Made by a program: the position numbers and the translations under genes
Notes under the pieces: model-generated
Database searches by the model: none
Seen by the model: the letters and a program-made list of their open reading frames with translations, nothing else
What the model was told of the DNA's origin: nothing
Origin: Hypanus sabinus
Lineage: Eukaryota
NCBI RefSeq assembly: GCF_030144855.1
Contig: NC_082731.1
Location: 23,870,001 to 23,934,000, forward strand
DNA: 64,000 nt
Direction: 5' to 3'
In this document: in pieces, positions 24,665 to 38,950 of the stretch
Layout: every line of letters starts with the position of its first letter
Position numbering within the stretch: the stretch's first letter is position 1

Positions 24665-26479
24665 CTGGAGAAGAGAGATTTGTCTTTAGTCGACAATTCA
24701 ATTCGTAACCCCTAAGCTCTGAAGATGCATCTGAGCAATGTGTTCGAGAGTCACGTGATACTGGCATGCACAGTAAACATTATTATTCCGGAAGGGGATG
24801 TGTACGGATTATAGGGGGGCCAGAGTTAATGCTTTTCAAATCCTGTGCTATTTTGCTGTTTAAATACGTAATAAATAAATGATAAATCCGAAAATGTGTC
24901 CTGAATCTCAATGACTAACAGAATAGGTAATAATCTAATATATCAGTTGTAAAAGGACAAGCCAAATGATAATTTATGAGAAATTACTTAAGTACATACA
25001 CACAGACAAGAGCAGAGAAAAAGTTGAATATGTTACTCGATTACTGGAATAAGTAGACAAAGAGATACACAGACAAATTGAAGTAAAAAGGTCACGTGGA
25101 TAGAGGTATAGTTAAATATAAGCAAATAAATAAATTGCTTTTCAAATTATTCAGCTGACACTGCGCCTCCAGCTGCTCAGTTTGAAAAAAATGGAACATC
25201 TGCTGACATGTGTGTCTATTCATGAACAGCCTGAGGAAAAATTAAATGTGACAGGCACTGTCAGCTCCAGGTAGTCGTTATTCGTTTACCTCCTTATGCA
25301 AAATATGGTATCCCTTGTGTTTAGTGGTCCTGCTGTAAAATATTCAATATGCATTATAATAAGACAGCACTGAGACAAAGCGGAGCAGGCGGTAATCACA
25401 AACAATATCATAGAAATCATATAAATATAATAAATCATAGAAGTCCAACGTAAATGCAGATAATGCTGTTTGAAACATCTACAATCTGGCACATTAAAGG
25501 ATCTAGAAGACCTTTAACGTAATCTGAATATTTACACACTCTTCATCAATTGTCAAACTTCATTCACCAATTTAATATTTAAATTTCATGCTCATAAATG
25601 TAACCAGATTATAATGTGAATTCAAGGCTAATCGAATTTAATTTCTAATTTCTAAGAATTATATCATCAATGATCTGCCATTGCAGATCCGACAACATAA
25701 AATAATATAATATATTAATCCAGTAAATAATATAATATTAAAACAATATTCAGAGAGAACAGCTAAATAAACACAACATTTTCTAATAATCAGAAAGCGC
25801 AGCCATAAAAAAGAGGCAAAACAAATAACAGAAATATGCTGATATATAAGAACAATAATAGTCTCTAAATCTGGATTCTTCTCAATATCACTAGAACACT
25901 GCAAAAAATCCATTGATGAATTAGGCCTACATAACAATTTAAATATACATCTGTACAAAGCCACACAAGTAAACACCAGTAAAACAGTTGACAAACATTT
26001 CTGAAATTAGTAGACTTGTCTATGCATTTTTCTCTGGTTTTAAAATATTTAGCTGAAAACATATAAAACTTGCGCAAATAAAATATGGTAAGATAATGGT
26101 AAGATAGTTACGATCTAGATAACAACAGTACTGAAGCACATCAAAGAAAAGCCTGTTGACTTCATATCAAGGCTAAATATGTACGTGACTGCTCCCGGTG
26201 AAGAAAACTGAACTAAATGACTTCAGGAACAAGGAAAAATCCTGAAACAGGAAATTGAAAATGATCCAACGCGCAAACAAATTTCTACAAACTCTTTGGA
26301 AAATGTCCTTTATATTGCTCAGGTTCTCATTACGGAACTGGTGGAATATTCACCATTCTGCACTGTTGTCCAAGCGAATGCTTTAGCTCCACTGTCGCAG
26401 GCGATATTGCAACCAGCTGGAATGTTCACAAACATACAACTGTATAAATTTGCCATATCTCCATACCTCCTAATGAAAA

Positions 26480-28280
26480 CTGCAGGAAAAAATAAACTTG
26501 TGACAGTAGGGGATTTTAATGTCCCAAGTACTGATTGGGACTCCCATACTGTTAAACGTCTAGTTGGTTTGGAGTTTGTAAAACGTGTTCAGGATTTTTT
26601 TTTCTAAATAAACATAGAGAGGTACAGACTGGAGAGGATGCAGTATTAGATTTCCTATTTGTGAAAGAGGTAGGACAGATGATGGAAGTGTGTACAGGGG
26701 ACAACTTAGTTACCAGCTATCATAACATCTTTAGTTTCAACTTGATCGTCGACAAAGGACGATCTGGTCCTGGTATTAAGGCTATCAACTTAAAAAATGC
26801 CAAATTTGAAGAAATGGGTAAGAATCTAAAACACGTGGATTGGGATAGGGTGTCCTCTGGCAAGGATGTTGTTGGTAAGTGTGAGGCCTTCAACGGAGAA
26901 ATTTTGAGAGTGCCGAGCTTGTAAGGTCCTGTCAGCATTAAAGGCATAGTGAATAAAAATAAGGAACTTGGTTCTCTCGGGATATTGGAATTCTGGTAAA
27001 GAAGAAGAGAGAGATGTATGACATGTATAGGAAACGGGGAGAAAAAAGGTACTTGAGAAGTATAAAAAGTCAAAAAACACTTAATAAAGAAATCAGAAGT
27101 GCTAAAATAAGATTGCTGTGGCAGTCAAGATGAAGGGTATCCCAAAGAGATTCTATAGGTATATTAAGAGCAAAATGATAGTAAGGAATTTAATTGCTCT
27201 TCTTGAAGATCAGAGTCGTTGGCTATATATGGAACCAAAATAAACGGGGAAGATTTTAAATGTTGTTTTTTTTTTCCCTTCTATATAATAAGGCAAACAA
27301 TTAAAGATGTCATGGAACCTATACAGATTGAAAAGGAGGAAGTTCTTGCTGTCTTAAGGCAAATCAGAGTAGATAAATTCCGAGTACCTGACAGCTGATT
27401 CCCTCCGACCTTGAAGGAGAATGTTAATGAAATTGCAGGGGCCCTAGCAGATATATTTAAAATGCAAGTATCTATGTGTGAGGTGCCGGAGGATTGGAGG
27501 AGAGCTCATGTTATCACATTGTTGTAAACAAGGTTCTAAAAGAAATCCATGACATTACAGTTAGGTGAATTTGACGTCTGCAGTAGGTAAATTATTTGAA
27601 GGATAATGGCAGGAGTCGAGAGTGGTAGTGGAGGATTGATCCCCTTCCTGGAGACCTGTGACTATTAGTGTGCTACAGGGATCCGTGCCTGGTCCATTGT
27701 TATTTGTCATCTATTGCAATGATATGGATAATGTGGTGTATTGATTCATCAAATTTGCTGATGAAAACAAAGACTGGTGTTGTAGTCGACAGTGGGGAAG
27801 GGTTTCAAAGCCTCCAGAGGGATCGGGGCCAGCTGGTAAAATGGGCTGAACAATGGTAGATAGAGTGTAATACACAGAAGTGTCAGGTTTTGCACTTTGG
27901 AAGGTAAAACGAGGTCGAATATACAAGTTAAATGGTAGGGCACTGAAAAGTGCAGTAGAACTGAGGTATCTGGGTGTACAGGTGCAAACCTCCGTAAAAG
28001 TGACGTCACAGGTCGATAGAGTGGTAAAGACAGCTTTTGGCACATTTGTCTTTATAAATCAAAGTATTGTGTATAACGGATGAAATGTTATAGTGACATT
28101 GTCTCGGGCTTTGGTGAGGCCGAACTTGGAGAATTGTGTGCAGTTTTTGTCAGCGAACTACAGGAAGGATACTAATAAGGTTGAAAGAGTGCACAGAGGG
28201 TTTGATATGATGTTGCCGGGACTTGAGAAACTGAGTTACGGAGAAAGTTTGAATAAGTTAGGACTTTATTCCTCGAGATG
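26480..28280 (+). mobile_element. Degenerate CR1 LINE ORF2
   Basis: VGDFNVPSTDWD, QGSVPGP-like, KFADE-like and LVRPNLENCVQF remnants across several frames. Confidence 0.85.
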
Positions 28281-28944
28281 GTAGCGAAAGTGCAGTAGGT
28301 TATGCAGAATAATTTTTCGTTGTTGATATTTTTTGGCAGTATGTTCCCCGCAAGTTGACTGATCCCAGCTTTTCAGTATTTTAGAAATACCATGTAAAAC
28401 ATTTTTTTATGCTATCCATAGTGCCGACGCAAGTGTCTTTATATTGGTTAAAGTGCGCTCAGAACAATTTGCTTCTCCTACAATCTGGATATGAAGCAGT
28501 GTCTACTTTATGGTAACCGAAAAAAGGAAGGAATAGCCCGGACTCATGCGTGTGCCCTGGTTGAATCTTTTATTTGATTCCCATTCTCTAGCCATTTATC
28601 TCTTCCATAATTTATCATCCAAGCTCTTTATTTCCTGTTCCCCTCCCTGTTTCACCTATAACCTTGTATTTCTCCCACGCTTTCCCTAACCTTACAACTC
28701 AATTCCTCATTTTATTATTTTATGTTTAGTCCAGTTCTGCTGAAAGTTCTCGGACCGAATAGTCAAATGTACTAATTTCCAAAAATTCTGCCTGGATCCA
28801 AATGCATTTTCGTTTTAAACTGGTGTCAATGAAATCCTTAACTTTGCCCATGGACCGTACAGTATATAACATCGTTTTATAGCCACAGATTAAACGTCCA
28901 TCTCCTCGAATTCTCATAATATGTTATGAGAATTATGCGGTTTT

Positions 28945-29420
28945 CAATGAAGACATTGGAGAGGGTACAGAGGAGATTTAACAGGATGCAGTCTGTTTTA
29001 CACAGTATGGATTATGGTCAGAGATTAAGGGAGCTAGTGCTTTATTCTTTGGAGAGAAGGGGGATGAGAGGAGACATGATAGAGGTTTACAAGATAATAA
29101 GACGAATAGACAGAGTGGAGAGCCAGCGACTCTTCCCCATGGCACCACAGATCAGTAGAAGAGGACATGGCTTTATGGCAAGGGGAGGGATGTTCAAATG
29201 GGATATTAGAGGAAGGCTTTTCACTCAGAGATTGGTTGATGCGTGGAATACACTGCCTGAGTCAATGGTGGAGTCAGACACTGTACTGAATTTTAAGAGA
29301 GTAATAGACAGGTATATGGAGGAATTTAATTTGGGGGGTTATCTGGGAGGAAGGGTTTGAGGGTCGGCAGTATATTTTTCGCCGAAGGGCAAGTAATATG
29401 CTGTACCATTCTATGTGCTA
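28945..29420 (+). mobile_element. CR1/L2-type LINE 3' end
   Basis: LERVQRRFNRM...LYSLERRGMRGDMIEVYKII RT C-terminal motif. Confidence 0.85.
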
Positions 29421-31849
29421 TGTTCTAAGACTGTGAAAGACCGGATGTAACGTTGTCATAAAAGTTTGTTTTGAGGATACGTGGATTCTTACTCTCATTT
29501 TTTTCTACTGGCAAGGGTGCAGTCGCTTTTAAATAAAGTCGAAAATTTCAGGAGGGGTGTTGGGATGCGTTGTCTTTTTTTTGGTTTGTCTATTTTTCGA
29601 AGACTTGGTCATGCTCCTCCATTGCAGAAAATGCGCTACCTCTCAATATCTTCACGATTCAGCACCTAGATAGCACTGTTGTATCGATGGCTGCATAGCT
29701 AGTAGGTATCTTGTGGCTGTCACATGGTCATGAAGTAATTGAGAATCTGGTGAGAGTGATGCAATGATCTTGTGATGTTGGAGTGATGTATATAAACGCC
29801 AGTGTGAGTTCACATGTTGTAATTTTCCCGCCAATGAGTGGTCATGTGATGTCCTGTTTTCTACAAGTATAAAACTGGGAAAGCCTGCTGTGACGCATGA
29901 GTTTCTTTTTTTTTCGTTGGGACGTCGTTTAAGCCAGATGTTACGCCATTATGTTGCGTATTTGGTTTCAGGGAGCAGTTTTGTTTTAAAGTGGAGTTTT
30001 GATTCTTACTGTAGGGTACATTTTCGTTGTGCGTGCAGTTTTGAAAAATCTGTGCTAGTTATGTTTGATGTATAATTTATAACATTGATCATTAAAGAAA
30101 ATAATATCATTACCCGAGTTAATATAGTTTAAGAATATTTTCGATCACGTGCTAAGATACAATGAGATGTAAAATCATTATTGTTTAGTTATAATTATTT
30201 CTACCAATGTCAGCATGGTTACAACCTTTTTTCCTCATATGTGCACCTCTCCCCGAGGCTTCCTCCTTCGCGCGAACGTACTGTCCCATATTTAGCTATG
30301 CTTTGAGATGCCCGTACAATCATTCTATACGCATATTTAGTGACGCTTAGCACTTTTAGAGTTCAATGACTATTGTGTCACCGGTTGCCGAGTAGAGTTT
30401 CTTTCTGACTGCTCAATAACATGTTACCTACAAGATCATTGATAATAAGCTAATTATTCCCCTTAAACCATTCCCCATCTACCTATCACTCTACCTGTTT
30501 AATTTTCCCTTCATCACTTTGGGCACTCACTAGACCGAGTCGTTACGGATCCGACCGAGATTAAAGCTGTGAAACATTGCCATAGCCAAGACTGTGAGTG
30601 CACTAATCACATTCCTAAGATTTTGAAAGTACACCTGGAGGTTTGTGAAGGACTACCGCAAAGTAAGCCACCCTTTGAATCTATCTTTCTGCGTTTACCC
30701 TGCTTGGGGAAGAAAGGGAGGACGACAGCAGTGGAAGACGTCTAAGTTTATCATAACTATTCATAGAATTTAGGAGCAGGATGGGGGTCAAAATAGAGAA
30801 AGATAACCTTCTGGTTGCTGAGGGAACAATTGCCTATGGTCTGCCGTACCTGTGCTTGACTTGGCGGACTCAAAATCGCTGAATGTATTGCTTGCGGACG
30901 ACAGTCTTCTGGGTATAAGGGATGTTCCATGTCGTGATTGGGCACAGTTTTGAAAATGGTCAAATTCGTCACCTGCACCTTACACCCTCTGAGCGAAACC
31001 TCCCCACAGACAAATTGGTGCTTCTGTCGTTGAAATAGCTTGTAGTGGATAAATTGGGTGATTTTCAGTTTGGTGACTAGTTCCAGATCAGAACCGAAAA
31101 CATACAAATCACCATATACTGACCACGATGAAATTCGATTCCACAGTCCATAGTTTGTTGGCAACATTGTTTGGCAGTAATATCAGTCTGAACTACCTGC
31201 TGGGAAGCCGGGAAGTTGATACGGAATCGTTGGACTGATGTTCGCATAAAGGACCGGGAATGACACAGCTGAGTTAGGATAGAGCTGTGCATCATTTTCT
31301 TGCTTCTTGTTACGGCATTCCACGAGCTTACTGCAATAAGAATGCCCTGAATTTTAAATAGTTGCTTACATTGAGCCCTGCAAAAGCGGCTATAGCACAG
31401 CGATATGACACTTCCACATGGAACGTTTGCTCTGCCTTTGTGGAATGGGATATAGCGCTGTTTAAATAGTCGAAACAGTCTGCCATACCGCTACTGCTGA
31501 GAGAATGGAATAGACTCGAGTAGTGAATCGCGGTGATACAGAGAGTCGCGGTTTTTACAAATGCAATTGAGTATTCCTATATGGCTCAATCTCAGTTGTT
31601 TTGAAGTCACTTCATGATGTTTAAGAATCATGAAGAAGCATACCTCAGGGAAAAGGAATCTCTTCTCCATTTTTCAGCTTTTTGTGCGGCCATGTAGCCC
31701 TGAGACCGAACTGAGTATTTTCCGTTTTATCCTTGTATTTTCTCTGCCGTAATAGGGATAGCAGGCAAAACTGATATTTCGAAATGTTTTATTGTCAATA
31801 GATAGACAGATAGAAAAGGATGGGGTAAGAAAGGGAGGAGGGGCATTAC

Positions 31850-34630
31850 CGGAAATCAATGTTCATGCCATCAGGTTGGAGGTTTCCCAGACGGAATTTA
31901 AGGTGTTGTTTCTCCAGACTGAGCGTGACTTCATCTTGACAGGTGAGGAGGCAATGTATTGACATATCGGAGAAAGAATGGGACGTGGGATTAAAATGAG
32001 CGGACGCTCGGCAATCCTGATTCCTGTGGCGGACAGAGCGTTTGTGTTTAGCGAAGCAGTCTGCCGATCTGTGTCGGGTCTCACCAATATACTGAAGCCA
32101 AACCGGGACCACTGGACATAATATATCACACCAGCGGATTCACAGGTGAAGTGTTGCCTCACGTAGAAGGACTGTCTGGGGCCCTGAGTTGTGGTAGTAA
32201 TTGAAGACTTGTAAGGGCAGGTGTAGCACTGTAATAGCTTATTTGCTGATGTCAATTTCTGAAGACAGCTTATGTAACCGAGGAACAGCGACCACTCACT
32301 GATACCTCTTCTTACTTATCGCTGAAACATGACTCAACTAAGGAACACTAATCCATTTTCTCCCACACCAACACTGACCTTATCAGCTCGGGGGATCTCC
32401 CATTCACTGCAACCGACCTCATAGTTCCCACCGCCCACACTTCCCGTTTCTACCTCCTAACTAAGAGTCATAAACAGGCCTGTCCTGGGAGACCTATTGT
32501 CTCAGCTTGTTCCTCCCCTAACGAACGTATTTCTACATATCTCAACACTCTTTTATTTCCCCATGTTCAATTTCATTCCCACCTCTGTCCGCGGCTCTGG
32601 ATTATTTCAATGATTTCAAGATAGTCTGAAAACCATTCTCTTGTTTACATTATAGATGTCCAGTCCTTACATACCTACATCCCTCACCAGGAAGTCCACA
32701 GACCGCTCTGTTTCTTTTTGGATTCCAGACGCATCCAGTTCACGACTAACGCTACTCTCCTCCGTCAAGCGTAATTTGTCCTTAATTTTAATAGTTTCAC
32801 TTTGGCTCCTCCTACCTTATTCAAACTAAACCTGTAATTATGTGCACCTTTATGGGTCCCAGACTAGGCTTCCATTTTGTTGGCTATGTGTGCCAGTCCA
32901 TGTTCCAAGCCCATAATGGTATCCGTCCCCCACATTACCTTTGCTACTTCGACAACTGTATTGGTGCTACTTTGTGCACCCATGCTCAGCTCGCAGACTT
33001 CATTAACTTTGTCTCCAACTTCCACCCTCCGCTCAAATTTACTTGGTCCAATTCGAACACCTCCATCCACTTCCCTGATCTCTCTCTCTGTCTCTAGATC
33101 TGGAGACAGCTTATCTACTGATGTCTACTATAAGTCCACGGACTCTCAAAGCTAACTGGACCATTCCGCTTCCCACTCTGTTTCTTTTAATAATGCCATC
33201 GTCTTATCCGAATCCATTCGTCTCTGCCGCATATGTTCTCAGAATGCGACACATCCTTCCAAGACGAAGGAGGTGTCTTCTTATTTTGTTAAAGAACGGG
33301 GCTTCCGTTCTCCCATAATCTATTCTGCCCTCAATGGCATCTCTCCATTTTCACGCACATCTGCTCTCACCACATTCTCCGTCCATCCCACTAGTGATAG
33401 GGTTCCTCTTTTTCCGCAACTAAAACCCCAACAGCCTCCATGTCCAACGTATAATTCTCCGCAACCTCCGCCATGTTCAACGTGATCCCACCACCAAGCA
33501 CATCTTTCCCTCACCCCAGCATTCTGCTTTCCGCAAGTATCTCTCCCGACGCGTGTCCCTTGTCCATTCGCCCACCCACATCGTTTCCACAACGATCGCC
33601 CGCCTGGCACTAATCCTTGTAAGCGGGACAATTGCTGCACCTCCCTTGCAATTCGTCCCTCACTACCAATCAGAGCCCAATACAGCCCTTCCAGGTGAGG
33701 CGCTACTTCACAGTGAATCTGCTGGTATGAAATTCTGTGTCCGATGTTCCCGTGTGACGTTCTATATATTGGTGAGACTCGACGCTGATTGGCAGATCGC
33801 TTCACTGAACACCTACGCTCTGTCGGTGAGAGGGCACAGGATCACCCCTTCCCCATCCCTATTGCGATATGAGAATCCATAGCCACTTTCTACTGTCGAC
33901 ATGAAGCCACACTCAGTTTGGAGGAACAACACCTTATATTCTGTCTGGGTAGCCTCCAACATGACGACATGAACATGGATTTCTCTAAAGTCAGTTAATG
34001 AGCCTCTTCCACTTCTGACCCGATGGCTGTTCATTAATCAATCAATCAAACAATCAATTAATTAATTAATTTCCCCATTCATCCATTCATACATTTATTC
34101 ATTCATTTACTTATCCATTTATCTCTTTGATTGTTTGTCTTTTTATCTCTTTATTTATCCATTTATCTATACATTTATTTATATATCTATCTATCGATCT
34201 AGCTATCCATCGATCTATCCATTTATCTATTTATCTGCTTGCTTGCTTGCCTGCCTATCCGCCCATACCTCCCCTCTTTCCCTCTCAAAGTAACCACTTG
34301 TCTGTGCTCCATCTTCCTCTGGTGCTCCCATCCGTCCTTTTCTTTTTTTCTTTCAGGTCGTTCCGTTTCATGATACTCGCACTTCTCCAGCCTTGTACCA
34401 TTTTGGACAATCAACTTCCCAGGTCTTGGTTTCATCCCAACCTAGCATGTCTTCTCCTATCATTTCGGGTCTCTCCCCCCCTCCCGAATACAGATCTCTT
34501 ACTATTTCTTTATACCGTTATTCATGACGAAGGGTCTCGAACCTATACCTCGTATGTCATTCTTCCTATCGATGGTGCCTGGCCTGCTGCGTTCTATCAG
34601 CATTGTCTGTGGGTTTTCCATGCATCAGTA
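31850..34630. mobile_element. Penelope-like element: RT plus GIY-YIG on plus strand (~32270-34060), inverted GIY-YIG copy on minus strand (~31850-32260), 3' tail at ~34520-34620
   Basis: RPIVSACS, DVQSLHTYIPHQE, YFDNCIGA and KFTWS RT remnants. QHFTCESAGVIY GIY-YIG motif in both orientations. Confidence 0.75.
34050..34255. repeat. Degenerate tetranucleotide tract (TCAA/TTTA/TCTA/GCTT)
   Basis: Directly visible; it produces the spurious 186-aa ORF at 34127. Confidence 0.85.
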
Positions 34631-35277
34631 GTCACCACTGAGGTTAAGCTGAAGATTGTAATTTCAATTAAAAACAGAATGATATGATGGGATATGTCGA
34701 CTTTCTAAAATAGGATCTGCTATAACTCTTGATAGATGCGTCCACTCTTCTGATACAATATGAAACTGGAATGTAAGAGAGAAACGGGGGAAGCGAGAAG
34801 CCAATCCGATAAATCAATGCCTCAAACAAAGCAGCAGCCTCTCGGATTCTATCAATTTTTTTAACTGCTTCTTACAAATTCAAATCATATTATTTTCGAA
34901 GAACTTCGTGAACTTCAGGGCTATTAGATCACGGAGCTGCTCGTTGATTTGAGTAGCATCACTTGTGGTGGCAGAGAAGCCGGCCGTGGTGTCGAAGGGA
35001 TTGGCATTCCTTTCTGAGAAGAAGCTGGCGGGTATATCCGGGAAGGAGTCTGTTAGCATGTCATTGGAGGCCGACAGTAAACTGAAGGAACCGGCTTGGG
35101 TTCCGAGGATTTGCCTGCCTGTAGATTGTATTTCTGCATGCTAGCCGAATGCACAAAATCTAGCACATTACGGTCACCCGCAACATAGTCCTGTGAGATA
35201 CTCTTGGACATTTCAGTTACAATTGTAGTTCTCTTTCATTTATAACTCAGTTGGATAGTGAAAACAGCAGTTTACGC

Positions 35278-36359
35278 AGGCGTGTCAAACGTGACTGATG
35301 TGCGGTGAGAATATAGCACCTCTGCAGACATGATCGTAGCAAAGGCGACGCCTCAGGCAAATGTTGTTTTTACATTCGCGAATAGCATTGCACATGGCAT
35401 GGATGACACCGGGAAATATAAATCAGTAACTCTCACGTCAATAGAGTGGAGCTATATGTGGAGATTTGTCGTGAACGGATCTATGAGTATGTGAAGATCA
35501 TTAGAGATTGCCACCTTGTATTTGGGATTGGAACATCAAGCCCTACTGGCTGATTGAATTCCTTGAGTAAGTGGCAAAGTAAAAAGTTTGTAATTTGTTG
35601 AAGGCAGAAATATTGATGCGGTGTAATTGTATTTTAGTAAAATTGTGTTGTCCTTAAGGCATTTATTTAACCATACTAATTTTTCGCTTTAAATAATTTG
35701 ATGTAACTATTTTCTACTTAAAGGTAAAGATCAATAACCACGTTACAGTTGAACCAAAGATAAAATTCATTGTCTGTTATACGGCGGCATACGATGGCGT
35801 CCCCTCCGTTTTCACAGCGTCCTATTGTTAACTTCCGGTCGGAAAAGGAGAAAAGGGGGGGTGGGGGGTTGCGCGCGTGCAGTATGAACGTGAAAATCTC
35901 CATGTCTACCCTTAAAGAAACATTGCAGAAGCAAAACCGTGAGCTCATATGACACGAGACATTTTGAAGTAAAAATATTACCGCGGATTTTGCGAAAGGA
36001 AATGGCGGTTGATAAGTTTAATTGAAAGCATTGCAGGCAAAATTCTGTTGTAATCGACCTAAATCCGCTGATGGTCAATATACTGCATAAATGCTTAAAG
36101 AGATTCTGGTTATATTTCGTGTCTTTGATGAGCGCCTTTGTAATAAAGTTTGCTATAGTTTTCATTTTACAAGCATTTTTGATGCAAACGTTGACTAATG
36201 CACGTAACACACACTGCATAAGTTTGTATTATTTTATCAACAGTATTCAGCACAAGATGTTAATGTGGAAGAGTGAACGGTAAATGGTTAACCTTACTAC
36301 GACTTTGTCTTCATTAGCCTCGGTTTAACTTGGATTTTAGTCAGAGTTTCGACACCCTG
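35278..36359 (+). mobile_element. Putative non-autonomous hAT-like DNA transposon; partial second copy at ~40200-40950
   Basis: Imperfect terminal inverted repeats CAGGCGTGTCAAAC / GTTTCGACACCCTG. About 700 bp recurs as a direct repeat at ~40220-40950. No TSD found. Confidence 0.45.
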
Positions 36360-36399
36360 CACGAGAATATTACGGTGAAAAGACGGAATCATTAGATGT

Positions 36400-38950
36400 T
36401 TCCACAATTGGCACGATTGTTTCGCGATCAAGCACCGAGTCGTTTGCATCCAGCGACAAGAGCAGTTGGTCTTCGGCAAGTGTGGCTGCACTCGCAAGAG
36501 CTGACGCAGAAGCCGCCAAGGTGCCAGCGTCATACGCTAACCAAGAGAACAAACTAAAAATGGAAATGGCTGATAGAGGTGCCGAGCAAATTACAAGAAA
36601 CGCACCAATCCAGACTGAAACAGCTTCCAGAGAAGCGGAAGAACATTTGGAAACAGGCAAGGATAGATGCAGAGTTAGAAGTGCTGATGCGATATCGAGA
36701 AGCTGATGCAGCCGTTCTAGATGCAACAGGAAAATCTTTTTCAGAATGGGCCAAATTGGAACACAGCAGTGTATACGTCCAATCTCAAATTTACCTAGAG
36801 TTCCATTCTCCCTCTCCATATCTGCTTGTTGGTATTGCAGCTCATGTAAAATCGCAGAGAAACTTTGTTGCCTCGCGCCCAGCTGTGGAAGAGAAATCAC
36901 AATCGTAACATTGCAACAAACTCAGCTGTGAAAGGGCTGACTACAAACACTTCCCTACACCAAACCTACGCGAACGGGCGAGATCAGAGAGAAAGTCAAG
37001 GAAGTCAGAATATCAAATCAATGCACGGACGTACACGGTCACTCATATGCCATTCAACATTTTCCTCCAGCTAGCACGCCACCTGCAGCAAAACCATGGA
37101 CACAGTATTTAGCGCGACGAGTCCAAGTCAATTCAGGACTGTACCAGTTTGACTATAAGCCTGAAAATTACCGTGCGTGGTACTGCTCATTCACCAGTTA
37201 AGCCGGTGGAGGTCAGCTCACAATAACCGAAGAGATGGACCTTATGACGTAGTGACTGTGAAAGGAATCGACAGAAAAGGTGAAACGCATCCGCTCAGTC
37301 TACGTCAAAAGCACTAAGCTAGCCTTTCACAAAGCATGGGAGAGACATCGGGGCTGTTAATCGGCTCCGAAATTATTGAGTAAACGCTATCTCAACGGCT
37401 GGACAATTTTCTTAGGGTTTCAGCCACGAGCCACACTAAATTAAGAAAACTCGGAGATTTAATCTTGAAGATCGACGGTGCTAAAGAAGTCGGCTATTGA
37501 ACAGGACTGCCTTATCTGGATATTTCAAGTGGAATTGGTCCAATTGTGGGCAAACTTCCATCTGGACTGCAGAAAAGGTGAGTGTCTATTGCATCAGGGA
37601 GCAAGGAAGAGAACATGTTCGATTCTCTCCCTTTGAGTATTTTAGAAGGTTTGTATGAAATGGGGCAAAGAAGCGAAACGACACTAGCTTCATTAATCAA
37701 GGTAGCACCACAGCTCTGACGAAACCAGTGAAATCTGTTTTGAAGAGTTTTGACTGACATCAATTAACCCGTCTCTGTGTACAAATCGAAGTTTCCACAA
37801 CCAACGATAACTCTAGCAAGAATTGTCCATTGAACAACAAATCACACCTCATCAAAATGCAAAATGTTTAGAAACGAACACTATGACGAAAGAAAGGCCC
37901 TTCTCAGTTAACAACGATTATGTTTTATGTGCTGTTCCTCGACCGCCCAACTCTATAAAGAGTGTACGTTCCCGGTAAATCGTATACCTTAGACCTTTCT
38001 CTGGCATCGCAGAAACCTATATCAGGAAGGCAGAAGGCTTCCAGCTCGACTCGATCGATTGCAGAATTATCATCTATCAACCTCCAATCTTAGAGTGCAA
38101 CGATATATTGAATAACAGATCAGAGATTCTTACGCCAAGCGCAGCTCTACACCATCCCTATGTCCACCAAATTGCCAAGCATATCTGAGAACTGGAAAGA
38201 GAAGCAGAAAAATTCCTGCAACTCGGAAGAGGCGTTCTTGGGTGCACAAATTCAGGCAGCAGATCAATGGAACACACAACACCCCCTTCGCCCAAGGTCC
38301 AGATCTGCGCTGGGTGTTGATGGGGAAGTGTGCCTTGGCAACCTACAGAAACCAACAGTTAATACGTTCAGCACGGACGTGCTAGACAGTGGCCGCCATT
38401 TAATCTTTCAGACCTCCACTACCGTGATGTGTATGAAGGATGCACAACAAAAGCACAACCATAGTAAAGTAACTGAGAAGTCACTGAGGTAGTCAGTCTA
38501 CGCTCAAACTGAGCACGATAATAAATTTGTTCCAACACGGAAGATTCCATCTTCTAAACAAATCATGGACACAAGGGTCTTTACAGACGAACCAAACAAC
38601 TGGATCGCCACACTACTGTTCACAGAATCCAGCCAGCCCTTGCTGAACAACAGCAAGCAGGCCTTATTGGAGGTTTCCCACACGCTGTATGTGCTCCAGC
38701 GATCAGAGACCTAGATCTAGCTGGAGAAACAATACCCACGCAGAAGTGTTTCGGTCACCATTGGAAGAGCAGGACAAACGCATGCACTTTCTTCCTGCCG
38801 ACGACAAACAAACCAGTCCTCCGTCGTGGATTTTTTTTCTCCAATATCAACAGTGTTTTCGATTCTCTCTGTCTACTAACGCCGGTAACGGTCCAGGGAA
38901 GAGCCCACATCCGAGCTCTCCGAATGGGATATTCCGCTACCAAAAGACAG
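36400..38950 (+). mobile_element. Decayed BEL/Pao LTR retrotransposon gag-pol
   Basis: ARADAEAAK...KLKMEMA, FDYKPENYRAW and LGVDGEVCLGNLQKPTVNTFSTDVLDSGR remnants with many stops. Confidence 0.65.

Larger units (their letters stand above)
20440..26740. repeat. Segmental duplication unit A, copy 2
   Basis: Collinear with 245-6285, with copy-specific insertions at ~21715-22140 and ~24840-25510. Confidence 0.9.

Noticed and set aside
30757-31400. YYCQ...YVFGSDLELVT reading that resembles a joined VJ or processed antigen-receptor pseudogene
   Set aside because: Needs several frameshifts, motif spacing is wrong, and there are no splice or RSS signals. A frameshift-tolerant search would be needed to revive it.
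34127-34687. 186-aa ORF, the longest in the track
   Set aside because: Produced by a degenerate microsatellite and a repeat tail.
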